This document shows positions 15,990-25,578 of a stretch of 64,000 nt of DNA, one piece after another. How positions within the stretch are numbered: the stretch's first letter is position 1; every line of letters begins with the position of its first letter. Below the pieces are notes generated by a model that had not been told where the DNA came from, ran no database searches, and was given only the letters and a program-made list of their open reading frames with translations. Source of the stretch: a virus (lineage: Duplodnaviria > Caudoviricetes); IMG/VR virus record IMGVR_UViG_3300023174_003901, positions 136,247-200,246 of that record. One strand, written 5' to 3'. The position numbers and the translations under genes are program-made.

Positions 15990-18246
15990 TGGCAATCCTG
16001 ATAATGCCATCATCTCCTACTATAGTATCCGCTCTGGGCGTGATATCAAAATGCACAGCGTCATCTGCCATGGTAGCCATGATATCACAATCGCTCAGGC
16101 GCTCAAACAAGATCTTCTTGGATAGCGGTACACGAATAAGTTCGTCAATTTTACGACTGAGTGGTCTCGCACCCATCTTCGAATCATAGCCCTTGAGAGC
16201 AAGCATGTCAACGACTGATTCGGAAAGATTGAGACGTATACCTTTTGTATGCAAACTTGTCTTGAGTTCGTCCACAAACTTGACCACAACTTTCTTGATG
16301 GCCAAGGTGTCCAGTTTGACAAACTTGCAGATTTGATCGATACGATTACGTAGTTCGGGTTTAAAAAAGTTCTTAAGTGCTTTATCATCTTCGCCTGTCT
16401 TTTCAAAACTACCAAATCCAATGTTGTTGGCTTCTGAATCCTGTGAGCCCAAGTTTGATGTCATAATAATGATACAGTTCTTGACATCTACCCGCTTGCC
16501 ATTGCTTGAAGTAATGTGTCCTTCGTCCAGCATCTGTAGCAGAATGTTTGAAACATCTTGGTGTGCTTTTTCAATTTCGTCAAACAAGATCACAGCAAAA
16601 GGATTCTTGCTGATATCTGAAATCAGTTTACCACCACCAATATTGCCATCTTCAAAGCCCACATAGCCCGGAGGAGCACCAATTAAACTTGATACTGTAT
16701 GACGCTCTTGATACTCACTCATGTCGTACTTGAGCAGGTGCATGTCTAAGTTTGCGGCCAGTAGTTTGGCCAATTCTGTTTTACCTGTACCTGTTGGGCC
16801 CAGGAACAAGAAACTGGCCATCGGACGATTAGGGTTGCCAATGCCCGAGAAGTTGATGTACACACGCTCTAGTACAGAGTCTACTGCGCCATCCTGTCCA
16901 TACAGTTTCTGCTTGATGTTTGATTCAAGATCCACAATCTTGGCAGAACGTTCGTTCTGCAAGCGATCCACAGGTATACTGGTCACCCGGGCCACTTGTG
17001 CCATGATCAAATCTTGGGTCACAGTGAGTTGGCCCTGATCTTTCACACGCTCTCGAGCACAGGCCGCATCCAACAAGTCAATTGATTTGTCAGGGTTCTT
17101 CTTGTCGTGTATGTAACGTCCACTCAGTTCCACTGCGGCGGTCATAGCCTCCGTGTCAATCAGCACATTATGAAACGTCTCGAGCCTGGGAGATAAACCA
17201 ATAAGAATTTTCTCTGTGGTGTCACGATCTGGCTCATCGATTGCCAAGCGGTAGAATCGACGCATAAGCGCCCGATCCTTTTCAAAACTCTCATAGTATT
17301 CTTCCCATGTGGTTGACGCTACAACTTTTAAACTGCCCCGGGTGATAGCCGGCTTTAACATGTTGGCAAAGTCCAAGGCGCCATTTGACCCTGCTCCAGC
17401 ACCTTGCATGGTGTGTGCTTCGTCAATGAACAAGATACACTTCTTCTTGCTTTCTAAAGCCTGGATCACCATCTTGAACTTTTCTTCAAACTCGCCGCGG
17501 TACTTGCTTCCTGCCAACAGTGACCCGATCTCCAATGACCACACTTCGTGATCCTTCAAGAATTCAGGCACACGTCCGGCTGAGATTTCTTGTGCTAGGC
17601 CTTCCACGATACAAGTTTTGCCCACACCAGGATCGCCCACCATGAGCACATTGGCCTTGAAGCGTCGAGCCAGCACAGCAATCATTTCTTCCAGTTCAGT
17701 AGCACGACCAATCAAGGGTTCCAGTCGATCTTTCTGTGCCATAGCAGTAAGACTCACACAATGCTCGTCCAGCACTTCGGTGGCCTGACGATCGCTCATA
17801 CGGTTGGCTTCTCCTTGAGCATAGTTAACTTGCCAGAACTCCACAAACTCCTGTTTGGTCACTCCGTACTTGAGCAAGAAGTAGTGTGAATGACTGTTGC
17901 CTTCGCCCATGAGCGCAAGATACAGGTCCACAGTAGTAACTGATCTCCGTCCGGTAAACAGCACCTGTGTCAAGGCACGATTAAATGTGCGTTCCAGGGC
18001 TGTGGTTTTCCTGGGCGTGATATCTGGGTCAGTTGACACTAGACTTTGACAACTGTCTAAGTAAGCACACAGTTCGGTTTCGAACATGGCCACATCTGTG
18101 CCAAATTTAGTTAGGCAGCGACGAAATGGTTCGTGTCTAATAAGGCTCAGTAACACATGTTCAGTCAACACATATTCGTGTTGCCAGGTGCGGGCAATTT
18201 TGACCGCGTTTTCGATAATACTTTCAATTTCTGGGTTGTGTTGCAT
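15979..18246 (-). CDS. clpA: ClpA-like AAA+ chaperone/protease ATPase subunit
   Basis: Clp N-domain; GDPGVGKT and FIDEAH; second AAA GPTGTGKT, FDEIEKAH; SLIGAPPGYVG. Confidence 0.93.
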   Translation of the reverse strand: MQHNPEIESIIENAVKIARTWQHEYVLTEHVLLSLIRHEPFRRCLTKFGTDVAMFETELCAYLDSCQSLVSTDPDITPRKTTALERTFNRALTQVLFTGRRSVTTVDLYLALMGEGNSHSHYFLLKYGVTKQEFVEFWQVNYAQGEANRMSDRQATEVLDEHCVSLTAMAQKDRLEPLIGRATELEEMIAVLARRFKANVLMVGDPGVGKTCIVEGLAQEISAGRVPEFLKDHEVWSLEIGSLLAGSKYRGEFEEKFKMVIQALESKKKCILFIDEAHTMQGAGAGSNGALDFANMLKPAITRGSLKVVASTTWEEYYESFEKDRALMRRFYRLAIDEPDRDTTEKILIGLSPRLETFHNVLIDTEAMTAAVELSGRYIHDKKNPDKSIDLLDAACARERVKDQGQLTVTQDLIMAQVARVTSIPVDRLQNERSAKIVDLESNIKQKLYGQDGAVDSVLERVYINFSGIGNPNRPMASFLFLGPTGTGKTELAKLLAANLDMHLLKYDMSEYQERHTVSSLIGAPPGYVGFEDGNIGGGKLISDISKNPFAVILFDEIEKAHQDVSNILLQMLDEGHITSSNGKRVDVKNCIIIMTSNLGSQDSEANNIGFGSFEKTGEDDKALKNFFKPELRNRIDQICKFVKLDTLAIKKVVVKFVDELKTSLHTKGIRLNLSESVVDMLALKGYDSKMGARPLSRKIDELIRVPLSKKILFERLSDCDIMATMADDAVHFDITPRADTIVGDDGIIRIANEV

Positions 18247-18280
18247 GTGATTGTGTCCTGAAGAGGTTGTCATACAATTG

Positions 18281-18309
18281 ATTATACATGAATAGGGCTG
18301 GGCAAGCAA
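18281..18309 (-). promoter_or_regulatory. sigma70-type promoter for clpA
   Basis: TTGCTT-N17-TATAAT, extended TG. Confidence 0.6.
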
Positions 18310-18324
18310 CCTTTATGGCTCAAT

Positions 18325-18330
18325 TACTTA
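18325..18330 (-). promoter_or_regulatory. late-promoter-like TAAGTA overlapping the dnaJ stop
   Basis: The TAA is the dnaJ stop codon. Confidence 0.35.
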
Positions 18331-19119
18331 GCCACCAATTTCTTGTTTGATAGCAGCCATTAATTCTGGAGAAACTGTGGCGGGCATGGTGGCTTGTAGT
18401 CGAACCAACATGTCTCCGCGTGTGCCTGAACGATCCGGTAAACCTCGACCCTTGGCACGTAGTAGTGTTCCGGGTGCAGTATTGAGAGGAACTGTCAGAG
18501 CCAAATGGTTGCCCAGAATGTCTGTGACTGCAACGTCACCTCCGGCGACCAGACACCAAAATGAGACAGGTGCTTCAGTTATCAAAGTGGCACCGTTGCG
18601 TTGCCAGCGTGGGTTAGGGTGGATTCGGTAAGTGATCACCAGGTCCTGACCACCCGGAGCAAGATTGTCGTATTTCACATGATCACCATCTTCGATGCCA
18701 TTGGGAATGTTTACTTGTACATTGTGTGCGCCTGTATGTGTGCCCATGCTCACAGTTCTAGGTCCAGGGTAGGCCACATCCTGTAAGGTGATCCAAAGAG
18801 TCATTCTTGAGTGTTGAGCACGTGGTGGGTGCTGTTGTTGAAACTTGGCGCCAAACATGTCAAATATGGTATTGAAATCAAAGTTGGCATTGAAGTTTGG
18901 TCCGCCGCCGAACCCGCCGAACTGTGGTTGTGGTGAGTCATACTGTGACCGTTTGGCCACATCGCCTAACACATCATAGGCGGCTTGTATTTCTTGAAAC
19001 TTTTGAGTATCACCACCCTTGTCTGGATGATTTTTACTGGCTAGTTTGCGAAAAGCCCGTTTGATTTCGTCAGCAGTGGCAGTTCGAGCAACACCTAGCG
19101 TTGCATAGTGATCGGGCAT
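18328..19119 (-). CDS. dnaJ: DnaJ/CbpA-type co-chaperone
   Basis: J domain with HPD (NHPDKGGD), G/F-rich linker and DnaJ_C region, no Zn finger. Confidence 0.9.
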   Translation of the reverse strand: MPDHYATLGVARTATADEIKRAFRKLASKNHPDKGGDTQKFQEIQAAYDVLGDVAKRSQYDSPQPQFGGFGGGPNFNANFDFNTIFDMFGAKFQQQHPPRAQHSRMTLWITLQDVAYPGPRTVSMGTHTGAHNVQVNIPNGIEDGDHVKYDNLAPGGQDLVITYRIHPNPRWQRNGATLITEAPVSFWCLVAGGDVAVTDILGNHLALTVPLNTAPGTLLRAKGRGLPDRSGTRGDMLVRLQATMPATVSPELMAAIKQEIGG

Positions 19120-19123
19120 GAAA

Positions 19124-19154
19124 AAGTCCTGTATGTTTTAATTATACAGGACTT
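19124..19154 (-). terminator. intrinsic terminator
   Basis: 11-bp perfect stem AAGTCCTGTAT/ATACAGGACTT, 9-nt loop, ends in a U-tract on the minus strand. Confidence 0.7.
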
Positions 19155-19169
19155 AGAGGGTAGTGTCTA
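19141..19169 (-). promoter_or_regulatory. sigma70-type promoter for dnaJ
   Basis: TAGACA-N17-TATAAT with TG; the -10 box lies in the hairpin. Confidence 0.6.
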
Positions 19170-19403
19170 TTATTTCTTTTCGACTTCGAGTTTCTTGTGT
19201 TGCTTGACGTCTTTACACGTTTGTTTAACAACACCTTTGGCATCCTTTACAGGCTGGCCATCTTTGACAACGTCAACACAGACCCGCTTGGTTTCTTTTT
19301 GTGCTTTGGCTGCTTCTGCCTTGGCTACGTCTGCTGAGTGTGAGTCAGCGGCCAATGCCGGGACACAAAACATTAATCCTGCTACAAATATAATATTTTT
19401 CAT
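19170..19403 (-). CDS. small secreted Lys-rich protein with a Cys pair
   Basis: Signal peptide (VPALA/AD); CVDV...QTCKDV. Confidence 0.65.
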   Translation of the reverse strand: MKNIIFVAGLMFCVPALAADSHSADVAKAEAAKAQKETKRVCVDVVKDGQPVKDAKGVVKQTCKDVKQHKKLEVEKK

Positions 19404-19404
19404 T

Positions 19405-19734
19405 TTACTTTCCTACCTTTTGATTAAGTTGTCTCAACTTCTCTTCGTGGATAGATATATGTTCTCTATTCTGTTGGATAGAATCACGGTTCTTTTGAAT
19501 TTCGGCTGTTAAGTCTTGGCGTAGTTTTTCACGAGCAAGTTCGCTACTTGTATTAGATGCTTGTTTGTTATCGCTTGTGACTACTAAACTTACTTTGCTT
19601 TCCAACACTGTTATCTGATGATTTAGCGTTGATACTGCATTTAGCAGGTAACCCACACCTGCTATGATAAGTGGTAATAGAGCAAACAACATTTTCTCTA
19701 TAAACACACCTTTTGCTGATTCTTCTTGAGCCAT
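19405..19734 (-). CDS. single-TM coiled-coil membrane protein
   Basis: N-terminal TM segment followed by coiled coil; next to the holin-like gene. Confidence 0.6.
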   Translation of the reverse strand: MAQEESAKGVFIEKMLFALLPLIIAGVGYLLNAVSTLNHQITVLESKVSLVVTSDNKQASNTSSELAREKLRQDLTAEIQKNRDSIQQNREHISIHEEKLRQLNQKVGK

Positions 19735-19754
19735 TTTGTTTTCCTTTATAGTTA

Positions 19755-20306
19755 TTATCGTTCTGGGAATGGTGGTATCACAGGGGCGGGTTTCCCACCA
19801 AATCCTGTAGTGACTTCAGCCGCTGGCGCTCCAAATCCTGCACTGCTACTAGGCCCTGCTGAAGGTGCGCTTCCAAAGCCGCTTCCCACGCCCAGGGGTT
19901 GTGATCCCCATGAGTTAGTGACTGGTGCGCCAACTGCGGCGGGTGCGCTGGGTTGAGGAACTGCTGCCGGGGGTGCGTAGGTTGTTCCTCCGCTGACTGG
20001 TATGGATAATCCGCCATTGTTAGCCCCTCCTAGTTTTTCTTGTGTACGACCGTAGGCTGCAATACCCAGCACAGCACCCATGGCAATGTGATACAGGCCT
20101 GCACCTTGTAAGGTGATGGGTTGCCATTGCACGTTGACTTGACCTTTTGAAATGGCCTGTAGCACTGACCACAGCACAGGAAATATCACAAAGTCTGCAA
20201 TACAGGTCAGCATGTAACTCCAGCCCATCATGGGACGCCATTTTGAGTTCATCCAGTCTTCTTTTTTCTTTTCTGATTCCGACATCGGTTTTTGTTCTTC
20301 TGCCAT
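19755..20306 (-). CDS. holin-like protein (3TM / GTA-holin type)
   Basis: DWMNSKWRPMMGW...GAGLYHIAMGAVLGIAAYGRTQEK with P/G/A-rich tail. Confidence 0.65.
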   Translation of the reverse strand: MAEEQKPMSESEKKKEDWMNSKWRPMMGWSYMLTCIADFVIFPVLWSVLQAISKGQVNVQWQPITLQGAGLYHIAMGAVLGIAAYGRTQEKLGGANNGGLSIPVSGGTTYAPPAAVPQPSAPAAVGAPVTNSWGSQPLGVGSGFGSAPSAGPSSSAGFGAPAAEVTTGFGGKPAPVIPPFPER

Positions 20307-20322
20307 GTCTGCCCCTTTTGAA

Positions 20323-20328
20323 TATTTA
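20323..20328 (-). promoter_or_regulatory. late-promoter-like TAAATA
   Basis: AATAAATATT upstream of the holin-like gene SD. Confidence 0.55.
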
Positions 20329-20335
20329 TTATGAT

Positions 20336-21109
20336 TTACGGATGTAGTGTGCTGTAAATTACACCACTATTGGTCATGGTAAAGTTGTTGTTGCTAGAAT
20401 CAGCCAGGTACGTGCCGGCGGAATTCACTTGTAGCAACAATGAAGTGTTGGCTATGTTGGGCAATGGCGCTGACGGAGCAGTGAATCCTGAAGTGTACAG
20501 GGCCGACTTGGTCACACGCACACTGCTCATGTAGCCATTAAAATATCTGCCAGCGGAACTGGATCCCAGTGTCAATTGATCAGTCACTTGTGATGAACCC
20601 ACATTTGTAGTAATGATATTGGCGCCTGACGCTTGATTTGTTTGCAAGGTACCATTCACAAACAAGTAAACGTTGGGTCCATTTATGGTCATGGCCACAT
20701 AGTACCAGACGCCTTCAGACAGTTGTGTTGTGGTTGCCACTAATTTGTTATATGAACCATTGTATATAAACAGTTGCAAATAACCATTGCTCTGCACATT
20801 CCATCCCCAAGGAGTGGTGGCCAGGTCTGCTGAGTAATTGCCTATGATCCAACTTTCTTCGCCGGTTTGACCGGTCTTGGTTCCATTGAATGAAGTGATG
20901 TTGATAAATGCTTCCAGCGTGAATACACTTGAAGTGGTCAATTGCCCGCCGGTCAGCAGATTGATGTTGGTAGAACCTGGGCTACTGACGGGTGTCTGTA
21001 GATACGCGGCAGCCGGAGTAAAATTCATACTGCCGGTGGCAACAGGTCCGCCACTTATTGAGATGCCTGTTCCAATATTGATTCCGCTGCCGATACTAAT
21101 TCCCATCAT
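20336..21109 (-). CDS. LamG/concanavalin A-like virion protein
   Basis: FTLEAFI...WYYVAM...LFVNG...FNGYMSSVRVTK. Confidence 0.8.
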   Translation of the reverse strand: MMGISIGSGINIGTGISISGGPVATGSMNFTPAAAYLQTPVSSPGSTNINLLTGGQLTTSSVFTLEAFINITSFNGTKTGQTGEESWIIGNYSADLATTPWGWNVQSNGYLQLFIYNGSYNKLVATTTQLSEGVWYYVAMTINGPNVYLFVNGTLQTNQASGANIITTNVGSSQVTDQLTLGSSSAGRYFNGYMSSVRVTKSALYTSGFTAPSAPLPNIANTSLLLQVNSAGTYLADSSNNNFTMTNSGVIYSTLHP

Positions 21110-21122
21110 GTGCTCCTTCTAA

Positions 21123-21128
21123 TATTTA
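21123..21128 (-). promoter_or_regulatory. late-promoter-like TAAATA
   Basis: Directly follows the stop of the upstream gene; same TAATAAATATT context as 20323. Confidence 0.55.
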
Positions 21129-21848
21129 TTATAATCCGTATCTGCTTTTTACCGCATCATAATTTTGTGTGATTTCAATTGTGGATAGCGCACGATTATA
21201 AACCAACACTTGTGAAATTCTTGCTGTGGCAAATTCACCAGCATCTGGATCACCACCAACAAAAAACGGCATGGCAGTCACTCTCAAATCTGGTTGGTCA
21301 GCGTCTCTCAAGCCCACTTGTGTGCCATTCACATACATCTTCATGTTGGCTGTGCCGGCCTGTGTGCCATCGTAAATCACACATATATTCTGCCAGACAT
21401 TGAGTGTGAACAATTGGAATATTTCTGCAGGATACATTTCAAATTTTTGAGTGGTCAATTTGTAAAATCTAAGAAGGGTAGTTCCTCTATAGCCCATGAG
21501 AACAAAACTGTCTGAATTTCCTGTTGGATATGCCCAGATGTTCCAGGTAAATGCAGTGGCAGATGTTTGTATCGGCGTCTGATAGGTAAAACTGGTTCTT
21601 TGTGATCCAGCACTTCCAAAACTAAAATAACTTGCATCTCCAGCAGATGTAAATGTAGGACTGTTGACCAGTGTTCCGTTGTTGCCGTTGCCGCTGATGT
21701 CATTCCAGGCAGTGCCTGAGCCGGAATAACTGGAGGTCTGTCCGGCGTCAATATACACTTGTAACCCTGTGGTAACTATGTCAGGACCGGGAGTGCTTCT
21801 TACGGTGATTCCTGGACCTATGGTAATTCCTGGACCTATTACTGGCAT
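21129..21848 (-). CDS. LamG/concanavalin A-like virion protein
   Basis: GLQVYIDAG..SSYSGSGTAWNDISGNGNNGTL...VLVYNRALS..EITQNY. Confidence 0.85.
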   Translation of the reverse strand: MPVIGPGITIGPGITVRSTPGPDIVTTGLQVYIDAGQTSSYSGSGTAWNDISGNGNNGTLVNSPTFTSAGDASYFSFGSAGSQRTSFTYQTPIQTSATAFTWNIWAYPTGNSDSFVLMGYRGTTLLRFYKLTTQKFEMYPAEIFQLFTLNVWQNICVIYDGTQAGTANMKMYVNGTQVGLRDADQPDLRVTAMPFFVGGDPDAGEFATARISQVLVYNRALSTIEITQNYDAVKSRYGL

Positions 21849-21857
21849 GGTTTGTCC

Positions 21858-22622
21858 TTAAAACGGTACTGTTGCTGTTTGTGTCACTGTGCCATTGTTG
21901 GTCACAGTCTGTGTGCTCGATGTGTCTGTGGTCACTGCCGCGCCCAACATCAAGTACTTGGTGTTTGCGCCTGATGTGAGTGGTGCTGACGGTGCAGTGA
22001 TTGTGGCACTGTTGCTGTCATACACAGCCGCACCTGTAGTGATTCTTAGGTTGGTGATGTTGCCAGGCCAGTAGCCACCATAGTATCTGGCCACCCAGTT
22101 ATTGTCGCCCCAGACCTGACTGTCTGTTTGTGTACCGCCCGAAGGACTGCCGCCGCCTACGGCACCGGTTGCCCGTGTGCAAGTCACGTAGTTGGCAGTG
22201 TTGGAGAAAGTTCCAACCCACATGGTTTCCAAGTCAGTTGTGGCATTGCGATTCAGCACTATGTATTGCCACTGACCTATTTTAAATGTACCTGCTGACC
22301 AGGTGTAAGAGGGCTGATATCCACCGCCGTATCTGTCCAGGGTAATGTTGGAATCACTGGTGAGAAACATGCTCATGCCCACACTTTGATCAGTGCCTAT
22401 CAGTGCCCGATTGGAGAAGTCACCGGTGTTGTAGAACCAGCCTTCTATAGTAAATGCGCCGGCTGCCGGAGTCCACCCAGGAGTCATGCTGATATACTGA
22501 CTGGTTCCGTTAAACCCTAAACTACCTGCCAGGGGTGTGTAGAGATTGGGAGGATCTCCGCCCATAAAAATGCCGCCACCTATGTTGATTCCGCCACCAA
22601 TTGCTATTCCTGGTAATGCCAT
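21858..22622 (-). CDS. LamG/concanavalin A-like virion protein
   Basis: FTIEGWFY...WQYIVL...GNITNLRIT...YDSN. Confidence 0.75.
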   Translation of the reverse strand: MALPGIAIGGGINIGGGIFMGGDPPNLYTPLAGSLGFNGTSQYISMTPGWTPAAGAFTIEGWFYNTGDFSNRALIGTDQSVGMSMFLTSDSNITLDRYGGGYQPSYTWSAGTFKIGQWQYIVLNRNATTDLETMWVGTFSNTANYVTCTRATGAVGGGSPSGGTQTDSQVWGDNNWVARYYGGYWPGNITNLRITTGAAVYDSNSATITAPSAPLTSGANTKYLMLGAAVTTDTSSTQTVTNNGTVTQTATVPF

Positions 22623-22623
22623 A

Positions 22624-23166
22624 TTATACTCCTGGTATCCATAACCAAACGGCCTGGCTCATCAAAAGCAAGGCAAATGCGCCAACACCTATGCTGGCTC
22701 GATACAAACTGTTCTTCACGCTGAGTATACTGGCAGTGAGTAAAACAATAGCAATCTGCAACAGACTGCCTGCGTATGTGTACCAAGGGCTACGTTGCTT
22801 GGCCACTGCACGATCTGCTTCAAGAGCACGTGCTTTAGTCATTAGTTCTTTCTTGCCTTCGCCTGTGGCAGGATCACTTTCATATCTGGCAATCTTTTTG
22901 CTGAGTGCGGCAACTTTGTTCACATCCTTGCGGGCCATGGCATCATCCAGGGCCATTTCTGCCAAGGTACCTTTGATACTCTTGGCTTGATAAAATGCCC
23001 AGGTGTTGTTGGCTTCAATTGTGTCGTTTAAGATACGACTGCTATTGCCATTGCCCAGGTATGTGTTGATGGCCAACAAGGCTGCCATGACCACAATGAC
23101 CCATCCGGCTTTGTCTTTGATTTGTGCTTCACGTTCTGAACGTGATAATTGTTTTTGTTCTGTCAT
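22624..23166 (-). CDS. DUF4337-like membrane protein
   Basis: Start revised to 23166 (GGAG SD); ANNTWAFYQAKSIK motif with flanking TM helices. Confidence 0.65.
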   Translation of the reverse strand: MTEQKQLSRSEREAQIKDKAGWVIVVMAALLAINTYLGNGNSSRILNDTIEANNTWAFYQAKSIKGTLAEMALDDAMARKDVNKVAALSKKIARYESDPATGEGKKELMTKARALEADRAVAKQRSPWYTYAGSLLQIAIVLLTASILSVKNSLYRASIGVGAFALLLMSQAVWLWIPGV

Positions 23167-23185
23167 GATTTCTCCGTTGACATTG

Positions 23186-23191
23186 TATTTA
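23186..23191 (-). promoter_or_regulatory. late-promoter-like TAAATA
   Basis: Overlaps the stop of the amidinotransferase gene. Confidence 0.5.
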
Positions 23192-24181
23192 ACCACGAGC
23201 AGGGAAATAATCTTCTACTGTGCTTTGACGGCGTATGTCCACGGTCAAGCAGTGCATGGCACCGTCCCAGAAACTTCTGGTGCGAAATGGCACCCAGTGT
23301 ACTGTTATACCGCGACGGGACAGTTCTTCTGCTAGTTTTTCATTCTCTGCTAACATAATTACATTTGATTCATTTATACTCAGGCAGTTTAATTCAAAAT
23401 AGGTTTCTGTGTAGTTGCCCACCCAGTCCTGGGCATGCTGAACAATGTGATCGTTGAACATGCGATTTGTGCCCACGGTGGTGTCATAAAACTTGCCATT
23501 GTACACAGGATAAGGTTGCTGGTAGCCTATGCTGGGGTGTGCATGATACGTGGGGTTGTCTAGATATATGATTTCCCAGCCGGGAAATGTGCGTTCGTAT
23601 CCGTTGAAATAATGATTGGCCAGGATCAGTCCAGGCTTTAACACAGCAAAACACCCGTCCATGTGCCCACCGTTCTGTTCTACCTGCACTCGATATTCAG
23701 GCCACCAATTGCGATACTCAATGTCAAATACATCTGTGTCCAACACAATGTCGCGACCCACACGCACAACATTGGCACCGTGTACAAACCTATGCGGACT
23801 GGTCATTTGCTGGCATCTTGGGTCTTGAACATATTGATCAATGATCCAATCCCAACAACTGCCTGCAGAATCCGTTTGATACAGAGTGTGACCAATGACC
23901 ACATGATCGTCCCGGGGCACAATGGGTGGCTTTTGTAATATGCCGTTTTTTAAATGATTGTCTATGCTTGTGAATTGTGGCCGTTGCACCGTCACATTGA
24001 ATGATTCAATTGTGCGTTGTATTGAATTCAAATCCTCTTGTGTTATTTCAGTTAATTGTTGAAATACATCTCTAATCTCTGGGGCAAAATGCTCATACCA
24101 GGACGCAGGATAAACATCTCCCAACCAACATTCTTCCAGTTGTGACCACGAGTTGTGACTGTTGATAGTCGGTAATGTCAA
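23189..24181 (-). CDS. amidinotransferase (glycine/inosamine-phosphate amidinotransferase family)
   Basis: NSHNSWSQLEE start; PRD; GHMDG; C-terminal GAMHCLTVDIRR catalytic Cys motif. Confidence 0.8.
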   Translation of the reverse strand: MTLPTINSHNSWSQLEECWLGDVYPASWYEHFAPEIRDVFQQLTEITQEDLNSIQRTIESFNVTVQRPQFTSIDNHLKNGILQKPPIVPRDDHVVIGHTLYQTDSAGSCWDWIIDQYVQDPRCQQMTSPHRFVHGANVVRVGRDIVLDTDVFDIEYRNWWPEYRVQVEQNGGHMDGCFAVLKPGLILANHYFNGYERTFPGWEIIYLDNPTYHAHPSIGYQQPYPVYNGKFYDTTVGTNRMFNDHIVQHAQDWVGNYTETYFELNCLSINESNVIMLAENEKLAEELSRRGITVHWVPFRTRSFWDGAMHCLTVDIRRQSTVEDYFPARG

Positions 24182-24799
24182 TCAAGCACCCAGTACGTGT
24201 AATGCGTGTTCAGTATGACTGATACGATCGTCCAGGCCAATGTAGCCACCATTGATGGCACGAGTCAGGCCTTTGACATCATTTGCATCAGCAAAGCGAT
24301 TTAAATTGTTTTGTTCCCAGAACCAGCAGGCTGACTGTGCGGCACCTTCAAAGGTGGCCAAGTATTCGCTTGCTTCTTCTACTGTGATACCCAATGACCC
24401 TGCAAAGAATGTGTAGTTGTCTTTGCCTGTGAGTTGTATAAGTCCACGTCCGCAGTATCTATAGCCGTCGCCTGACGCTTCGTCGCCATTGCCCATTCTT
24501 TTGGCGTAGACTCTATTGGCAATCCGTTCAGGTTTATTGGCGTATTGTTGTGCCAATTCAGCAGTGGGAAAATACTTGGCAAATGTCTTTTGTAGGCTGA
24601 CTGCTTTGTAATTCAAATTCTCTTTGATAAAAACAAAATTTCCTGACTCATGTGCGCATTGTGCTATGAAATGTGCAACTCTTAATGGAGTATTAATTTC
24701 GTAGTCGTCCAACAATTGCTCTAGTGCTTCATACCAGTGATCAATATGCGGATTCTTGACCATTTGTTTTAATTGGTCTTTTGTCAAGATTGTGCTCAT
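24182..24799 (-). CDS. GH19 endolysin
   Basis: FIAQCAHESG...ENLNY...GRGLIQLTGKDNY...INGG. Confidence 0.9.
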   Translation of the reverse strand: MSTILTKDQLKQMVKNPHIDHWYEALEQLLDDYEINTPLRVAHFIAQCAHESGNFVFIKENLNYKAVSLQKTFAKYFPTAELAQQYANKPERIANRVYAKRMGNGDEASGDGYRYCGRGLIQLTGKDNYTFFAGSLGITVEEASEYLATFEGAAQSACWFWEQNNLNRFADANDVKGLTRAINGGYIGLDDRISHTEHALHVLGA

Positions 24800-25107
24800 T
24801 TTTGGGCTCCTTCATGTATTATTTTTTGTATGCGGTACCATTCTTGCCAGGCATCTGTCTTTACTGCACACTCATAATAGGTACTGTAGTTGACAGTGAC
24901 TGTGTTGGCCACATCACTTAACTTAGCATTGTCCTTTAACTTTTGCAAGTCAGGACACACAGTCATTGCACCCTTGCCAGGCGGTTCAGGGAATTTTGCT
25001 GTGACAGGCACTGCTGTGGCACATCCTGATATGGCCAGAATCACCATAATGACTAGAGAAAATATAATCAGACTTGATATAACCTGTTGGTCTCGTTGAT
25101 CTTTCAT
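24796..25107 (-). CDS. o-spanin (Rz1-like lipoprotein)
   Basis: Lipobox ISG-C, Pro-rich, second Cys; coupled to the i-spanin. Confidence 0.75.
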   Translation of the reverse strand: MKDQRDQQVISSLIIFSLVIMVILAISGCATAVPVTAKFPEPPGKGAMTVCPDLQKLKDNAKLSDVANTVTVNYSTYYECAVKTDAWQEWYRIQKIIHEGAQK

Positions 25108-25547
25108 TTTGGCGGCGCCTCCGCGGCACGATTGTGTGCGTCAATAAATGGTGGTGGAATCACGCATTGGTCATTGTATCGCACAACTTCACGGTCAACA
25201 TACTGTCGGATGTATGTCATGCGCTGGCGGATTTCTGTTGTTTGTTTTTGTGTCTTGGAATCAATTTGGGCATTGGCTTCTGCTGATGCTTTTTCTGCCT
25301 CGGCCAAGCGTGCCTCTACTGCTGCCACACGCTCACGCCATTCTGTTTCCACAGCAATACCGCCGCGAAAGTAAACACCCAGCACTAGTAACGCAATGCC
25401 GGCCAGTTTAAAGCCCAGTTGATAGGGCCATAATACAGGAACACGATGTGCAACAAAGCCTGCCGCAGTGGCCACAATACCTGTGAGTAACAAGATATTA
25501 CAGAACCATAAGATAACAGAGTCAGGGAGAAAGTGTAGGATAAACAT
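25104..25547 (-). CDS. i-spanin (Rz-like)
   Basis: N-terminal TM segments, A/E/K-rich coiled coil, C-terminal Cys. Confidence 0.7.
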   Translation of the reverse strand: MFILHFLPDSVILWFCNILLLTGIVATAAGFVAHRVPVLWPYQLGFKLAGIALLVLGVYFRGGIAVETEWRERVAAVEARLAEAEKASAEANAQIDSKTQKQTTEIRQRMTYIRQYVDREVVRYNDQCVIPPPFIDAHNRAAEAPPK

Positions 25548-25555
25548 TATGCTAA

Positions 25556-25561
25556 TATTTA
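25556..25561 (-). promoter_or_regulatory. late-promoter-like TAAATA for the spanin-endolysin operon
   Basis: 8 nt before ATG 25547. Confidence 0.55.
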
Positions 25562-25568
25562 TCGTTGA

Positions 25569-25574
25569 TAACTA
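25569..25574 (+). promoter_or_regulatory. late-promoter-like variant TAACTA (divergent)
   Basis: 4 nt before ATG 25579. Confidence 0.4.
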
Positions 25575-25578
25575 CTTG

